In this document: positions 27,369-35,442 of the stretch, piece after piece
Position numbering within the stretch: position 1 is the first letter of the stretch
Layout of the letters: each line of letters begins with the position of its first letter
Virus record (IMG/VR): IMGVR_UViG_3300025383_000009
Source of the DNA: a virus
Taxonomy: Duplodnaviria; Caudoviricetes
Length of the DNA stretch: 64,000 nucleotides
Direction: 5' to 3' (one strand)
Program-made: the position numbers and the translations under genes
Notes under the pieces: generated by a model
Told to the model about the DNA's origin: nothing
Databases searched by the model: none
What the model saw: only the letters and a program-made list of their open reading frames with translations

Positions 27369-27635
27369 TTAATTTTCTAATACTGCTACGATGTTCTCTT
27401 CCAAGATCATGACACGTTGGGCACCATCCACGGTTGCCAGCTGAGCTTTTGACCAGTCCAATAGGATCTTGTCACCCACCTGCACTTCTGTCACCTCTGG
27501 GCCGATAGCCAGCACTGTACCTGTCTTTGATTCCCCATGACGGTCTGAACCCTCGATTAATATGCCTGATGCAGTTTGGTTATCACGTTTGTTCTCTGCT
27601 ACTAATACTTTCTTGCCTAATGGTCTTACTGCCAT
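27369..27635 (-). CDS. groES: Co-chaperonin GroES
   Basis: RPLGKKVLV, TASGILI, GTVLAIGP, VQVGDKIL. Confidence 0.88.
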   Translation of the reverse strand: MAVRPLGKKVLVAENKRDNQTASGILIEGSDRHGESKTGTVLAIGPEVTEVQVGDKILLDWSKAQLATVDGAQRVMILEENIVAVLEN

Positions 27636-27639
27636 GATG

Positions 27640-27873
27640 TTATCCTTTAATGAGCCAGATGTAGCTGGCAAATATGTTTAAGAAAAAGAAGTAAACATTT
27701 TGAATCAAGAGGGGTTTGTTTGGGTGGACCTTATGGAAATGGTGCACAAGGATACCATGAGCTATGACAAAGCCTGGGAAAGCATACTTCATGAACGGCA
27801 GTTTTAATGCCACAGATGTACCGCATAGGATGAAAAGAGTCGTGGATAACCACTTAATATCAAAGTACTTCAT
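27640..27873 (-). CDS. Small membrane protein
   Basis: Three hydrophobic segments. Confidence 0.6.
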   Translation of the reverse strand: MKYFDIKWLSTTLFILCGTSVALKLPFMKYAFPGFVIAHGILVHHFHKVHPNKPLLIQNVYFFFLNIFASYIWLIKG

Positions 27874-27878
27874 AATGT

Positions 27879-27907
27879 ATTATAATATAAACGTCAATTA
27901 ATGTAAA
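27879..27907 (-). promoter_or_regulatory. sigma70-type promoter, probably leaderless
   Basis: TTTACA-N17-TATAAT-N5-ATG. Confidence 0.7.
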
Positions 27908-27912
27908 ATTAA

Positions 27913-28110
27913 TTAAGCGTAGTTAGGTGTTTCTGTGCCGTTAGCGATTGTAGTAACTAAGTTATTACTTTCATCATAGATCTTAATGTTATGATGAGTG
28001 TGTTTATGCTTATAAGCGTGCTCTTTAGCTTGATCTAATGTTTCAAAGTCCATTGAATAGACTCTTAACATAGGACCTTGCCATTTTGTTAATTTAACTT
28101 TATGTGCCAT
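27913..28110 (-). CDS. Hypothetical protein
   Basis: SD GGAG; ORF tiling. Confidence 0.6.
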   Translation of the reverse strand: MAHKVKLTKWQGPMLRVYSMDFETLDQAKEHAYKHKHTHHNIKIYDESNNLVTTIANGTETPNYA

Positions 28111-28113
28111 GTC

Positions 28114-29163
28114 TTACTCCTGAAAATAATTTAACCAGATTTCTCTACTATTTATACAATATTCATTTAGTAAAGCTTGATGAACTTTTACGTTATACTC
28201 TGGATACTGATGAGCCTGATCCAGTGTGTATGCAATATTGTTACTACTTGTTGGATCAGAGTGAAAGTCCTCATGCATCCATGGTATCTCGATACTTCCT
28301 ATAACTGGTACACCTTGACTAACAAAGTCAGCAGCCACAATATTAAATGTTTCAGAGAAGCTTACCTGCATACCTATATCCATTGTAGAACATAGTTGAA
28401 TGAACTCTTCCCTTGGTGTCCATTCATGATTAACCAATCTATGACCACGATCATAGAGGTGTTCAAATAGTCCAATAAGGTTACTTAACACTGGACCACC
28501 ATTCATTTCAAGTCTTGCCGTATTAATATGGAAGTTTAATAGTTTACCAGATTCCTCAGCAAATTTTAAAGCACCGTACGCCTGTACGAGATGACTCTTT
28601 AATGGTCTTACCGCACCAAAGCAACCAATATCTATCGTATCTTTATTTGATATGTATTCTTTTGTCTTATAGCCTGGTGGATAGTAGTTTGGTAGATATA
28701 CAACCTTTTCGTTTACCTCATCGTCTGATAAACCAAAAGCTGTTTGTATATAGAACTGTACCTCATCAAGCATTCTAGGAGCGTTGCAGGATAATATAAT
28801 GTTCTTATGCATGGCGTATTCAGCTATCCAATTCATAGCTGGTCCTTCACCCGCCATAAACGGCATCTCTGAATGGATTCTTATAATCCACTTAACGTTT
28901 GGATGAAGTTTTTGAAGGATTACAAATTTTTCTGGTACAACCCATAGTGCCTCAATGATAACATGGGTTGGTCTAAATAGGGTTACTTCTCGATCGATCT
29001 TATTATTATCCTCAACAACAACGAGCTTTGATTCAATACCAGCTGCCTGAAGCATGTCGTCCATGAATTTTGCGGAATTATAGAGACCAGTGGATACTCC
29101 TATATGGTCGTCTTGTTTTGCGTAGAAGTTTGTTTTACGCTTTAGGATGAATAATGTTTTCAT
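28114..29163 (-). CDS. GT-B (GT4-like) glycosyltransferase
   Basis: GCFGAVRPLK, DIGMQVSFSETFNIVAAD, GVPVIGS. Confidence 0.75.
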   Translation of the reverse strand: MKTLFILKRKTNFYAKQDDHIGVSTGLYNSAKFMDDMLQAAGIESKLVVVEDNNKIDREVTLFRPTHVIIEALWVVPEKFVILQKLHPNVKWIIRIHSEMPFMAGEGPAMNWIAEYAMHKNIILSCNAPRMLDEVQFYIQTAFGLSDDEVNEKVVYLPNYYPPGYKTKEYISNKDTIDIGCFGAVRPLKSHLVQAYGALKFAEESGKLLNFHINTARLEMNGGPVLSNLIGLFEHLYDRGHRLVNHEWTPREEFIQLCSTMDIGMQVSFSETFNIVAADFVSQGVPVIGSIEIPWMHEDFHSDPTSSNNIAYTLDQAHQYPEYNVKVHQALLNEYCINSREIWLNYFQE

Positions 29164-29197
29164 TGTTTAGTGTCAGTCAAGTCAGTTTTAATAATTG

Positions 29198-29205
29198 TAT
29201 TTATA
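29198..29205 (-). promoter_or_regulatory. T4 late promoter
   Basis: TATAAATA upstream of the GT gene. Confidence 0.7.
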
Positions 29206-29917
29206 ACGACAGGGCTTGATCCTGTACATCTTTTTTGTATCGAGCCATCTTGTCTAAGTAACCTTGATTACGTAGTTCCTTAAACACTAGGTTCTCGAAT
29301 GAGAATTCACCACCTTTTAGGATGGCAGCGCCTCTCATGTCTCTTAGTTTATCCTTGAGGTTATTGAATGCTTCTACATCCATCTTGTTCTTGATCATAT
29401 CATCGATCATATCCATATAGAACTTAATCTTCTTCTTAAGGTATGGGTTCTTTAGGAAATCATCACCAATGAATTCTGGCTTGGCGATCCATTCATCCTT
29501 TGTCAATGAATAGACACCTTGGTCTTTAGGGTATGCTACTGACTCATCTTGTGCATAAGGCTCAAGACCATATCCAAGGATGGTGATCTTATGGGCCATA
29601 GTCCACATGACTTTCTTATCTTGTAAGTAGTCGTCTAGTAATGGGTTATCTTTGGCAATCTCGGACTTATTAACAACCAAGTGAACATCAATATCAGATA
29701 GATCAGTATAGTTGTAGTTGGCGTTGCCGCCGAGCATGATAACTTCTTTAACTGCACTTTTAGGGATCTTAGCAAATTCTCTCCATGCTTCTGCAAACTG
29801 AAGTAGCTTGGCTCTTACTTCAGGCTTTAGTTGGTATTCGTTCCAGAGTTTTGGGTTTAGTTCGGTATGGTACTGTAGTTGAAGTTTTAACTCTGATATG
29901 TACTGAGCGTATTTCAT
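29201..29917 (-). CDS. Pol-beta-superfamily nucleotidyltransferase with CTS-like N-terminus
   Basis: GGNANYNYTDLSDIDVH; starts MKYAQYISE; GEFSFENLVFKELR. Confidence 0.75.
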   Translation of the reverse strand: MKYAQYISELKLQLQYHTELNPKLWNEYQLKPEVRAKLLQFAEAWREFAKIPKSAVKEVIMLGGNANYNYTDLSDIDVHLVVNKSEIAKDNPLLDDYLQDKKVMWTMAHKITILGYGLEPYAQDESVAYPKDQGVYSLTKDEWIAKPEFIGDDFLKNPYLKKKIKFYMDMIDDMIKNKMDVEAFNNLKDKLRDMRGAAILKGGEFSFENLVFKELRNQGYLDKMARYKKDVQDQALSL

Positions 29918-30297
29918 TTGAAAGTTTTATTAATCAACCAACCAATAACAACAGCTCCGCCGATGACTACCCAGCGCCATACTTCAAGGACTTTAACACG
30001 AGCATCGATGCCTTTAAGCTTCTCTTCTATAGCAGATTGGATCTTAGCATGACCTTCTATGCTGTTAGCCATAGACTGGTCTAGCTTCTTATTGATCTCT
30101 TTAGCTATGTTATCTATCTTTACGTGTATGTCTCTTATGTCGTCTTCGTTACGCACAGTATCTTTCTCTATGACATTTATTCTTGTATCATGTACAGCTA
30201 ATAGTTTACTAACATTATTACTAACTTCAGTAAGCTTATCTATCGATAAATCAAGCTTCTCAACTATACGTTCTAATTGTTCGAAATCATTTGCCAT
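29914..30297 (-). CDS. Coiled-coil protein with C-terminal TM (holin/hemolysin-like)
   Basis: Heptad pattern; WRWVVIGGAVVIGWL. Confidence 0.55.
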   Translation of the reverse strand: MANDFEQLERIVEKLDLSIDKLTEVSNNVSKLLAVHDTRINVIEKDTVRNEDDIRDIHVKIDNIAKEINKKLDQSMANSIEGHAKIQSAIEEKLKGIDARVKVLEVWRWVVIGGAVVIGWLINKTFK

Positions 30298-30886
30298 TAT
30301 AGATCTTTTCCTGTGATGTTACCCAGTCTTGTAGTGCTTTTAGTTGCTCTGATAACTGATGGTAGTTGTTATAGTTGATGCTTATTGTTTCTCCGACGGC
30401 AGAGAGATTAACTCCGGAGGCGGATCCATCAATTCCTTTGGAGGTGTCGGGAACTTCATTTTTTGCGGCAGAATCGTGGAGCAAGACAAAAGACTTAGGC
30501 ACACTGCACTTAGCATCAGACTCTTTAACATGTTGAGATAACTTCTTGATTTCATTACCCTTCTCCTTGATTACCTTTGTTTGTGTTACATATTTCGTTA
30601 CAATTTGTTTTGATCTCTTATCAGCTTCAGCAACCTTACGATCCATGTCAGCCTGAAGCTTCTCAGCTTCAGCTCTCCATAACATATCCTTAGAGTATGC
30701 ACCAGTAAAATAACAACCAACGCATAGTACTACTAATGATACCCATTTAAGTATGATGGCTGATAGCTTAACACCTGGGATATTACCGAGTATGGTGAAT
30801 ATTACAAATCCAATCCCACCTACACCCACTAACATCGTTGTTGCTTTTAATAACCATGCATCTGGAATAAATGATAATAAGAACAT
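30287..30886 (-). CDS. Spanin-like (Rz-type) membrane protein
   Basis: N-terminal TM helices, coiled coil, C-x-VP-x-FV-x-LHD, NYNNY..L..QL-ALQ-W. Confidence 0.55.
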   Translation of the reverse strand: MFLLSFIPDAWLLKATTMLVGVGGIGFVIFTILGNIPGVKLSAIILKWVSLVVLCVGCYFTGAYSKDMLWRAEAEKLQADMDRKVAEADKRSKQIVTKYVTQTKVIKEKGNEIKKLSQHVKESDAKCSVPKSFVLLHDSAAKNEVPDTSKGIDGSASGVNLSAVGETISINYNNYHQLSEQLKALQDWVTSQEKIYNGK

Positions 30887-30887
30887 A

Positions 30888-31475
30888 TTAAAATACCTTG
30901 TTGTTTCGGCGCGCCATACTTACTGCACCTTGATTTGTCTTCTTATACTTATCTATGTCTTTCTTCTTGAGTAATGGTGTAGTAGCTGCATCTGTAGATG
31001 TCATCACCCCTGTTGCATTAGCTGGAGCTGCACCTGCACCACCTCCACCTGAAACACCACCACCTCCAGCACCACCATCTTCTTCAATGCTCTTGATGAA
31101 CTTTTCAAGAAGGATAGTTTCCTCAGCAAAGTAAACACCCATACCCATCAAAGTATGGAATCTTTGTTCCATCATTGATGTCGTCCTATCATTCTTTTCA
31201 TAATACTCTTTGATTAGGAAGTATGCTGTAACTAAACTCTTTAGCTTATTTTCTCCACCTGGCAGTTTGTTGATTATCTTCTTCATGTTAAAGACCAATC
31301 GATGTAGGAACGTGTACGCATTTCTTTGTTCACTCGTCGTGAAAAAAGATGGCTTTATGAGATTTTTTCCTTTTTTATCGATGATGCCAAGCTTAAAGGC
31401 ATCAGTCTCACTGAAGGGCTTAACCAACATGGTAAGTACTCTTAACGCTATTAAATTATCTATTACTTGTGACAT
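30888..31475 (-). CDS. Conserved T4-like late hypothetical protein
   Basis: AFKLGIID, YTFLHRLVFNMK; Gly-rich tail. Confidence 0.65.
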   Translation of the reverse strand: MSQVIDNLIALRVLTMLVKPFSETDAFKLGIIDKKGKNLIKPSFFTTSEQRNAYTFLHRLVFNMKKIINKLPGGENKLKSLVTAYFLIKEYYEKNDRTTSMMEQRFHTLMGMGVYFAEETILLEKFIKSIEEDGGAGGGGVSGGGGAGAAPANATGVMTSTDAATTPLLKKKDIDKYKKTNQGAVSMARRNNKVF

Positions 31476-31852
31476 TAAATCTTCCTAAGTATTTTTATTA
31501 TGTGTTCATCTAGCTTGACATCAGACATCTTTAGCTTGTGTTCTGGTAACTCATCTGGCATCCTGTTAAGGAATATCAAAAACGTTACTAAGTAACTCCA
31601 ATACTCTTCATCTATCTTAAAGAATAACATGTTTGTTGTTTGATCACCAAATAAGTTATATAGTACTATCAAGTGGTTAAGTATTAGGTTCTCTTTAAGA
31701 TCCCCTTCGCTCTTATACCTATTGAATAGCTTCTTTAAGTATAGAAACCTCTTAAGATCATCATTAAACTCTTCCAACGAATAGCATTGGGTATTGTCAT
31801 AATGATGCATCGCATAGGTTAAAAAATTATCATCTGTCAACAATTGGTCCAT
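31475..31852 (-). CDS. Conserved T4-like late hypothetical protein
   Basis: LTDDNF-YAMHHYDN-C-EEF-DLKRF, LILNHLI. Confidence 0.65.
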   Translation of the reverse strand: MDQLLTDDNFLTYAMHHYDNTQCYSLEEFNDDLKRFLYLKKLFNRYKSEGDLKENLILNHLIVLYNLFGDQTTNMLFFKIDEEYWSYLVTFLIFLNRMPDELPEHKLKMSDVKLDEHIIKILRKI

Positions 31853-31855
31853 ATT

Positions 31856-31878
31856 AAAAGAGGGGAGTTAACCTCCCC
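31856..31878 (-). terminator. Rho-independent terminator
   Basis: GGGGAG-GTTAA-CTCCCC followed by TCTTTT on the minus strand. Confidence 0.7.
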
Positions 31879-31885
31879 CACTTAG

Positions 31886-32830
31886 TTAAGCTGTTACTGT
31901 TAATGTTACTGCGTTAGAGATAGCATTTGTATTAGCTGTATCAGTACCACAGATTACACGGATCTTCATACCAGTATCACCTACAGCTAGATGGCCAGAA
32001 TTAATACCTAATGTATTAGTATTATAGCCCTTCCATGCTGCACCGCTGATGTTAGTCCATGTAGTACCACCATCAGTACTTTGTTGCCATTGGTATGTTA
32101 AGCTATTATAAGCACCAGTTGCAGCAGAAGTTACTGTGAATAATGCATCAACTCCAGCATTTGCTGCAGCTGTAGCGTTAACCGGTTGTGCAGTAATGAT
32201 TGTAGTAGCATCAAGTAATACTGAATCGTCAGCTGTACCTGTTGCACCAGAAGCACCTTTAGCTGGGTTAGCATCACCTGTTACTGATTGTGTTTGTGCT
32301 GAGCCCATAGCTATTAAGATCTCTGATTTATGACGTACGTTACCGTTAGAGTCTGTATATGATACATACTCAACCCAACCTGGTGTCTTAAGACCACGAC
32401 CACGGTTTTCAGCGTTTGAAGCTTCGTCTACGTCTTCGAAGTATAAACCTCTACCGTTGTAGTTATGGTCATTAACGTTAGCTTCACCAGTACGTTGTAG
32501 TGTTTGAACGCCAACACCAGCACCTGTTAAGTTAACTTTACCTGTAGCACCACCCGCGATAGCATTAGCTTGTGTATCATAAAGACTGATAATACCTGAT
32601 GTAGCTGTAAGACCTACATAGTAAGTTTTACCGTCTGTTAAGCCACCGATGACTGTACCACCATTGATTGAATATACAACACCGTCGCCCTTAGCGAAGT
32701 CAGTGTTTGCACCCGTTAAATCTATTGTTTCTGCTGTAGTATTAACAGTCGTTGCACTGTTAAAGTACGCAATCCTTGCGACATACTTAGGCTTTGAAGC
32801 CTGATTGTCGTGATTTCCCCATAAAGCCAT
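31886..32830 (-). CDS. Virion structural protein with C-terminal Ig-like domain
   Basis: MALWG, PGWVEY-YTD-G-RHKSE; ITAQP...LTYQWQ...W...AVTLTV; late promoter upstream. Confidence 0.65.
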   Translation of the reverse strand: MALWGNHDNQASKPKYVARIAYFNSATTVNTTAETIDLTGANTDFAKGDGVVYSINGGTVIGGLTDGKTYYVGLTATSGIISLYDTQANAIAGGATGKVNLTGAGVGVQTLQRTGEANVNDHNYNGRGLYFEDVDEASNAENRGRGLKTPGWVEYVSYTDSNGNVRHKSEILIAMGSAQTQSVTGDANPAKGASGATGTADDSVLLDATTIITAQPVNATAAANAGVDALFTVTSAATGAYNSLTYQWQQSTDGGTTWTNISGAAWKGYNTNTLGINSGHLAVGDTGMKIRVICGTDTANTNAISNAVTLTVTA

Positions 32831-32855
32831 TTTATTACTCCTTAATTAGATTAGT

Positions 32856-32863
32856 TATTTATA
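32856..32863 (-). promoter_or_regulatory. T4 late promoter
   Basis: TATAAATA. Confidence 0.75.
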
Positions 32864-35441
32864 CTCTAGCACCTGACTTAGATCCCGCTGGTCTGCCACG
32901 TCCGCGTTTCTCTTTTGTTTCATCATCAGGTTTCTCATCAGTCTCATCATCTTTTTGATTAGCACCACCATACGCTGTACCTTTAACTAGATTGATATGC
33001 GGATGGCTTGTATCTGGTTTAAACTTAGGATCATACGCTGATTGACTAGCTTGTCTTAACTTCTGAGCGTCTCTTAAGTCATCGATCTTACCTTCATCCA
33101 TAACTGCTAAAGTACCTTTAACGTATGGAGACATTTCTTGTGAAACTTCTTCTTTAACACCAGAAGCTTTATGAATTTTCTCATGAGCTTTGCTTGATTG
33201 ACGTAATGCAGCATCATCAGATCGAGAAGCTTTTCCATCATCCATATTATCATAATGATATCTTTGTTTAAGATGATGAGCTACTGACTTTTCAACATCC
33301 TTACCAATGCCCTTATCACCTAGCTTTTTAGAAGCTCTTGCTAAACCTGTTAATCTATTTTGAAGTGGTTTATGACCATATTTTCCTTGATTATTTTTTC
33401 CACCTTGAATTTCAAGTTCATGTCTTGTAGGTGTTCCACTATCATATGCATCATGTGCTTTATCTTGAGCATCATCCGTAGCTTTATGAGCATATGAACC
33501 TAAAGTCTTTTTAGATAATTCATCAATCTGTGTTAACTTTTCTTCGATGCGTTCTACTTCTTCTTTAGATAATGATTGCATACCACGTTGAGCTAAAGCT
33601 TTAGCACGATCCATACCTTTACCAGGTTCTACTGGTTTCTTGAAGTGAGTATCTGCTTGTTGTGCAGTCTTATGACCGGCAACAATAGCAAGTTCTTTAC
33701 CTGAGATACCATGTTGTTTACCAACTGTCTCATAATCTGTAGGTGTAAACTGTTTATGACTTGAGTAACCCTTCTTGGTAGCATGATCCATCATGTCAGT
33801 ATAGATGTCTTTCATCTTGCCTTCATCGATCTTACCTTCATCCATAACTTGTAGTGTAGCTTTAAGGTATGGTGATATCTCTTGTGAAACTTCTTCTTTA
33901 ACAGGGTTACCAGTCTTAGGATCTAACTTAGTAACTTTACTAAAGTAATGTGAGTGTTGTTTCATTGCATCTGAAGATTTTACTGGTTTAGCCATTGAAT
34001 CATTTTTAGACCAACCGTCTTTAGGAAAACGCATTTCGTCCTCACACATTTCGCCTTCGTTAACACCAGCTGCTTTCATGAACTTAGCATGATCGAAGCG
34101 TGGGTTTTGTTTAGCGAAGATACCTGCATGATGTGTAGCAAGTTCTTTACGTTTCTCTGCAGATTCGTGACCTTTAATAAGATCAGCAACCATTTGGAAG
34201 TCTTTACGTGTAGTAGCTTCTTCTAATTCTACTTCTTCTTTAGCAATCTTCTTGCCAGCTCTTTCTAAACCTGACATCCTGTTAGAAGCACGACGACCAT
34301 GCTCTGATGCTTCTGGAGCATCATCATTTTCTTCTGCATCACGCTCATTATGGATAGACGATGCTAAATCTGATGAAGCTTTCTTAACGTAGTTACCTAA
34401 AGTCTTATTAGATAACTCATCGATCTGTGTTAACTTCTCTTCGATGCGTTCTACTTCTTCTTTGGATAATGATTGCATGCCGCGTTGAGCTAAAGCTTTA
34501 GCACGATCCATTTCATGGCCTTTTTCTACTGGCTTCTTGAAATTTGTAGGATCGTAATGATGTTTAGGATGACCATAGTGTTTATGGAACTCGTCATGAC
34601 CCATGTTTTGTAAGTCATAAGCAAGTTCTTTCATCTTACCTTCATCTAACTGAACGTCTTCTTTTAATTTGTCAACAGCTTTATCATGGCCTTTCTCACG
34701 CTTCCATGCTTGAGATTGGTATTTGCCAGCAAGACTATCCCATGTTTCTTTCTTTCTTGGGTTTCTTGCATGTGCAGCTTTACTCTTAAAGTCTGCAGCT
34801 ACATGTTGTTTGATACGTGCATCATGTGAAGCTTTCTTAGTATATGATGCTAATGTGTCTTTTGATAACTCATCGATCTGTTCTACTTCTTCTTTTTGTA
34901 CTTTAACAGGGTATGTTTTACCTTGGAACTCAAACTCTTTCTTACCCTCTTTATGAGCTGCATGAGCTGCCATACGGAGACCTGATTCGTCTACGTCTGC
35001 CTCTGACATCTTAGCTTTACCAGCTTGTGCAGACCAAGATTCTTTAACATGCTTTTTCTCTAATCTTTCAGCTTTTAATCTATGATACTCAGATGCTCTT
35101 TCATGACCAAAATATGAACCATGTTCTTCTTGATTAGCTGGACTTAAGTGATGTTCACCGGATTCTGATTCATGATGAAAAATTCGTGCTTCATCATGAT
35201 GAGTCTCCATGTGTTTATGATAAGCATGCATGTCACCTTTTTTCTTTGCAGCTTCAGCTTTTTCTTTATGCTTAGTGATCTCATGAGCCCATTTATTAAT
35301 GTCTTTAGCTTCACCATGTTCAGCACCGCTATCATAATCAGATCTCTTTGTAGATAAAGGTTCATGTTTCCAATGAGAATCTTTAATATTCTCCTCATTG
35401 AGCTGTACATTTTCCTTTAAAAAATCATTGAACTTTAACAT
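32859..35441 (-). CDS. 860-aa modular His-rich protein with CTS-like N-terminus (putative internal-head polyprotein)
   Basis: Starts MLKFNDFLKE; repeated (K)EEVE-x-IDE-LSKxTLxSY modules. Confidence 0.7.
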   Translation of the reverse strand: MLKFNDFLKENVQLNEENIKDSHWKHEPLSTKRSDYDSGAEHGEAKDINKWAHEITKHKEKAEAAKKKGDMHAYHKHMETHHDEARIFHHESESGEHHLSPANQEEHGSYFGHERASEYHRLKAERLEKKHVKESWSAQAGKAKMSEADVDESGLRMAAHAAHKEGKKEFEFQGKTYPVKVQKEEVEQIDELSKDTLASYTKKASHDARIKQHVAADFKSKAAHARNPRKKETWDSLAGKYQSQAWKREKGHDKAVDKLKEDVQLDEGKMKELAYDLQNMGHDEFHKHYGHPKHHYDPTNFKKPVEKGHEMDRAKALAQRGMQSLSKEEVERIEEKLTQIDELSNKTLGNYVKKASSDLASSIHNERDAEENDDAPEASEHGRRASNRMSGLERAGKKIAKEEVELEEATTRKDFQMVADLIKGHESAEKRKELATHHAGIFAKQNPRFDHAKFMKAAGVNEGEMCEDEMRFPKDGWSKNDSMAKPVKSSDAMKQHSHYFSKVTKLDPKTGNPVKEEVSQEISPYLKATLQVMDEGKIDEGKMKDIYTDMMDHATKKGYSSHKQFTPTDYETVGKQHGISGKELAIVAGHKTAQQADTHFKKPVEPGKGMDRAKALAQRGMQSLSKEEVERIEEKLTQIDELSKKTLGSYAHKATDDAQDKAHDAYDSGTPTRHELEIQGGKNNQGKYGHKPLQNRLTGLARASKKLGDKGIGKDVEKSVAHHLKQRYHYDNMDDGKASRSDDAALRQSSKAHEKIHKASGVKEEVSQEMSPYVKGTLAVMDEGKIDDLRDAQKLRQASQSAYDPKFKPDTSHPHINLVKGTAYGGANQKDDETDEKPDDETKEKRGRGRPAGSKSGARV
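33079..33902. repeat. ~80-bp imperfect direct repeat (33079-33158 and 33823-33902)
   Basis: Both copies encode KEEVSQE-SPY-K-TL-VMDEGKID. Confidence 0.85.
33499..34541. repeat. 146-bp near-identical direct repeat (33499-33644 and 34396-34541)
   Basis: Both copies encode KPVE...MDRAKALAQRGMQSLSKEEVERIEEKLTQIDELS-KTLG. Confidence 0.9.
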
Positions 35442-35442
35442 A

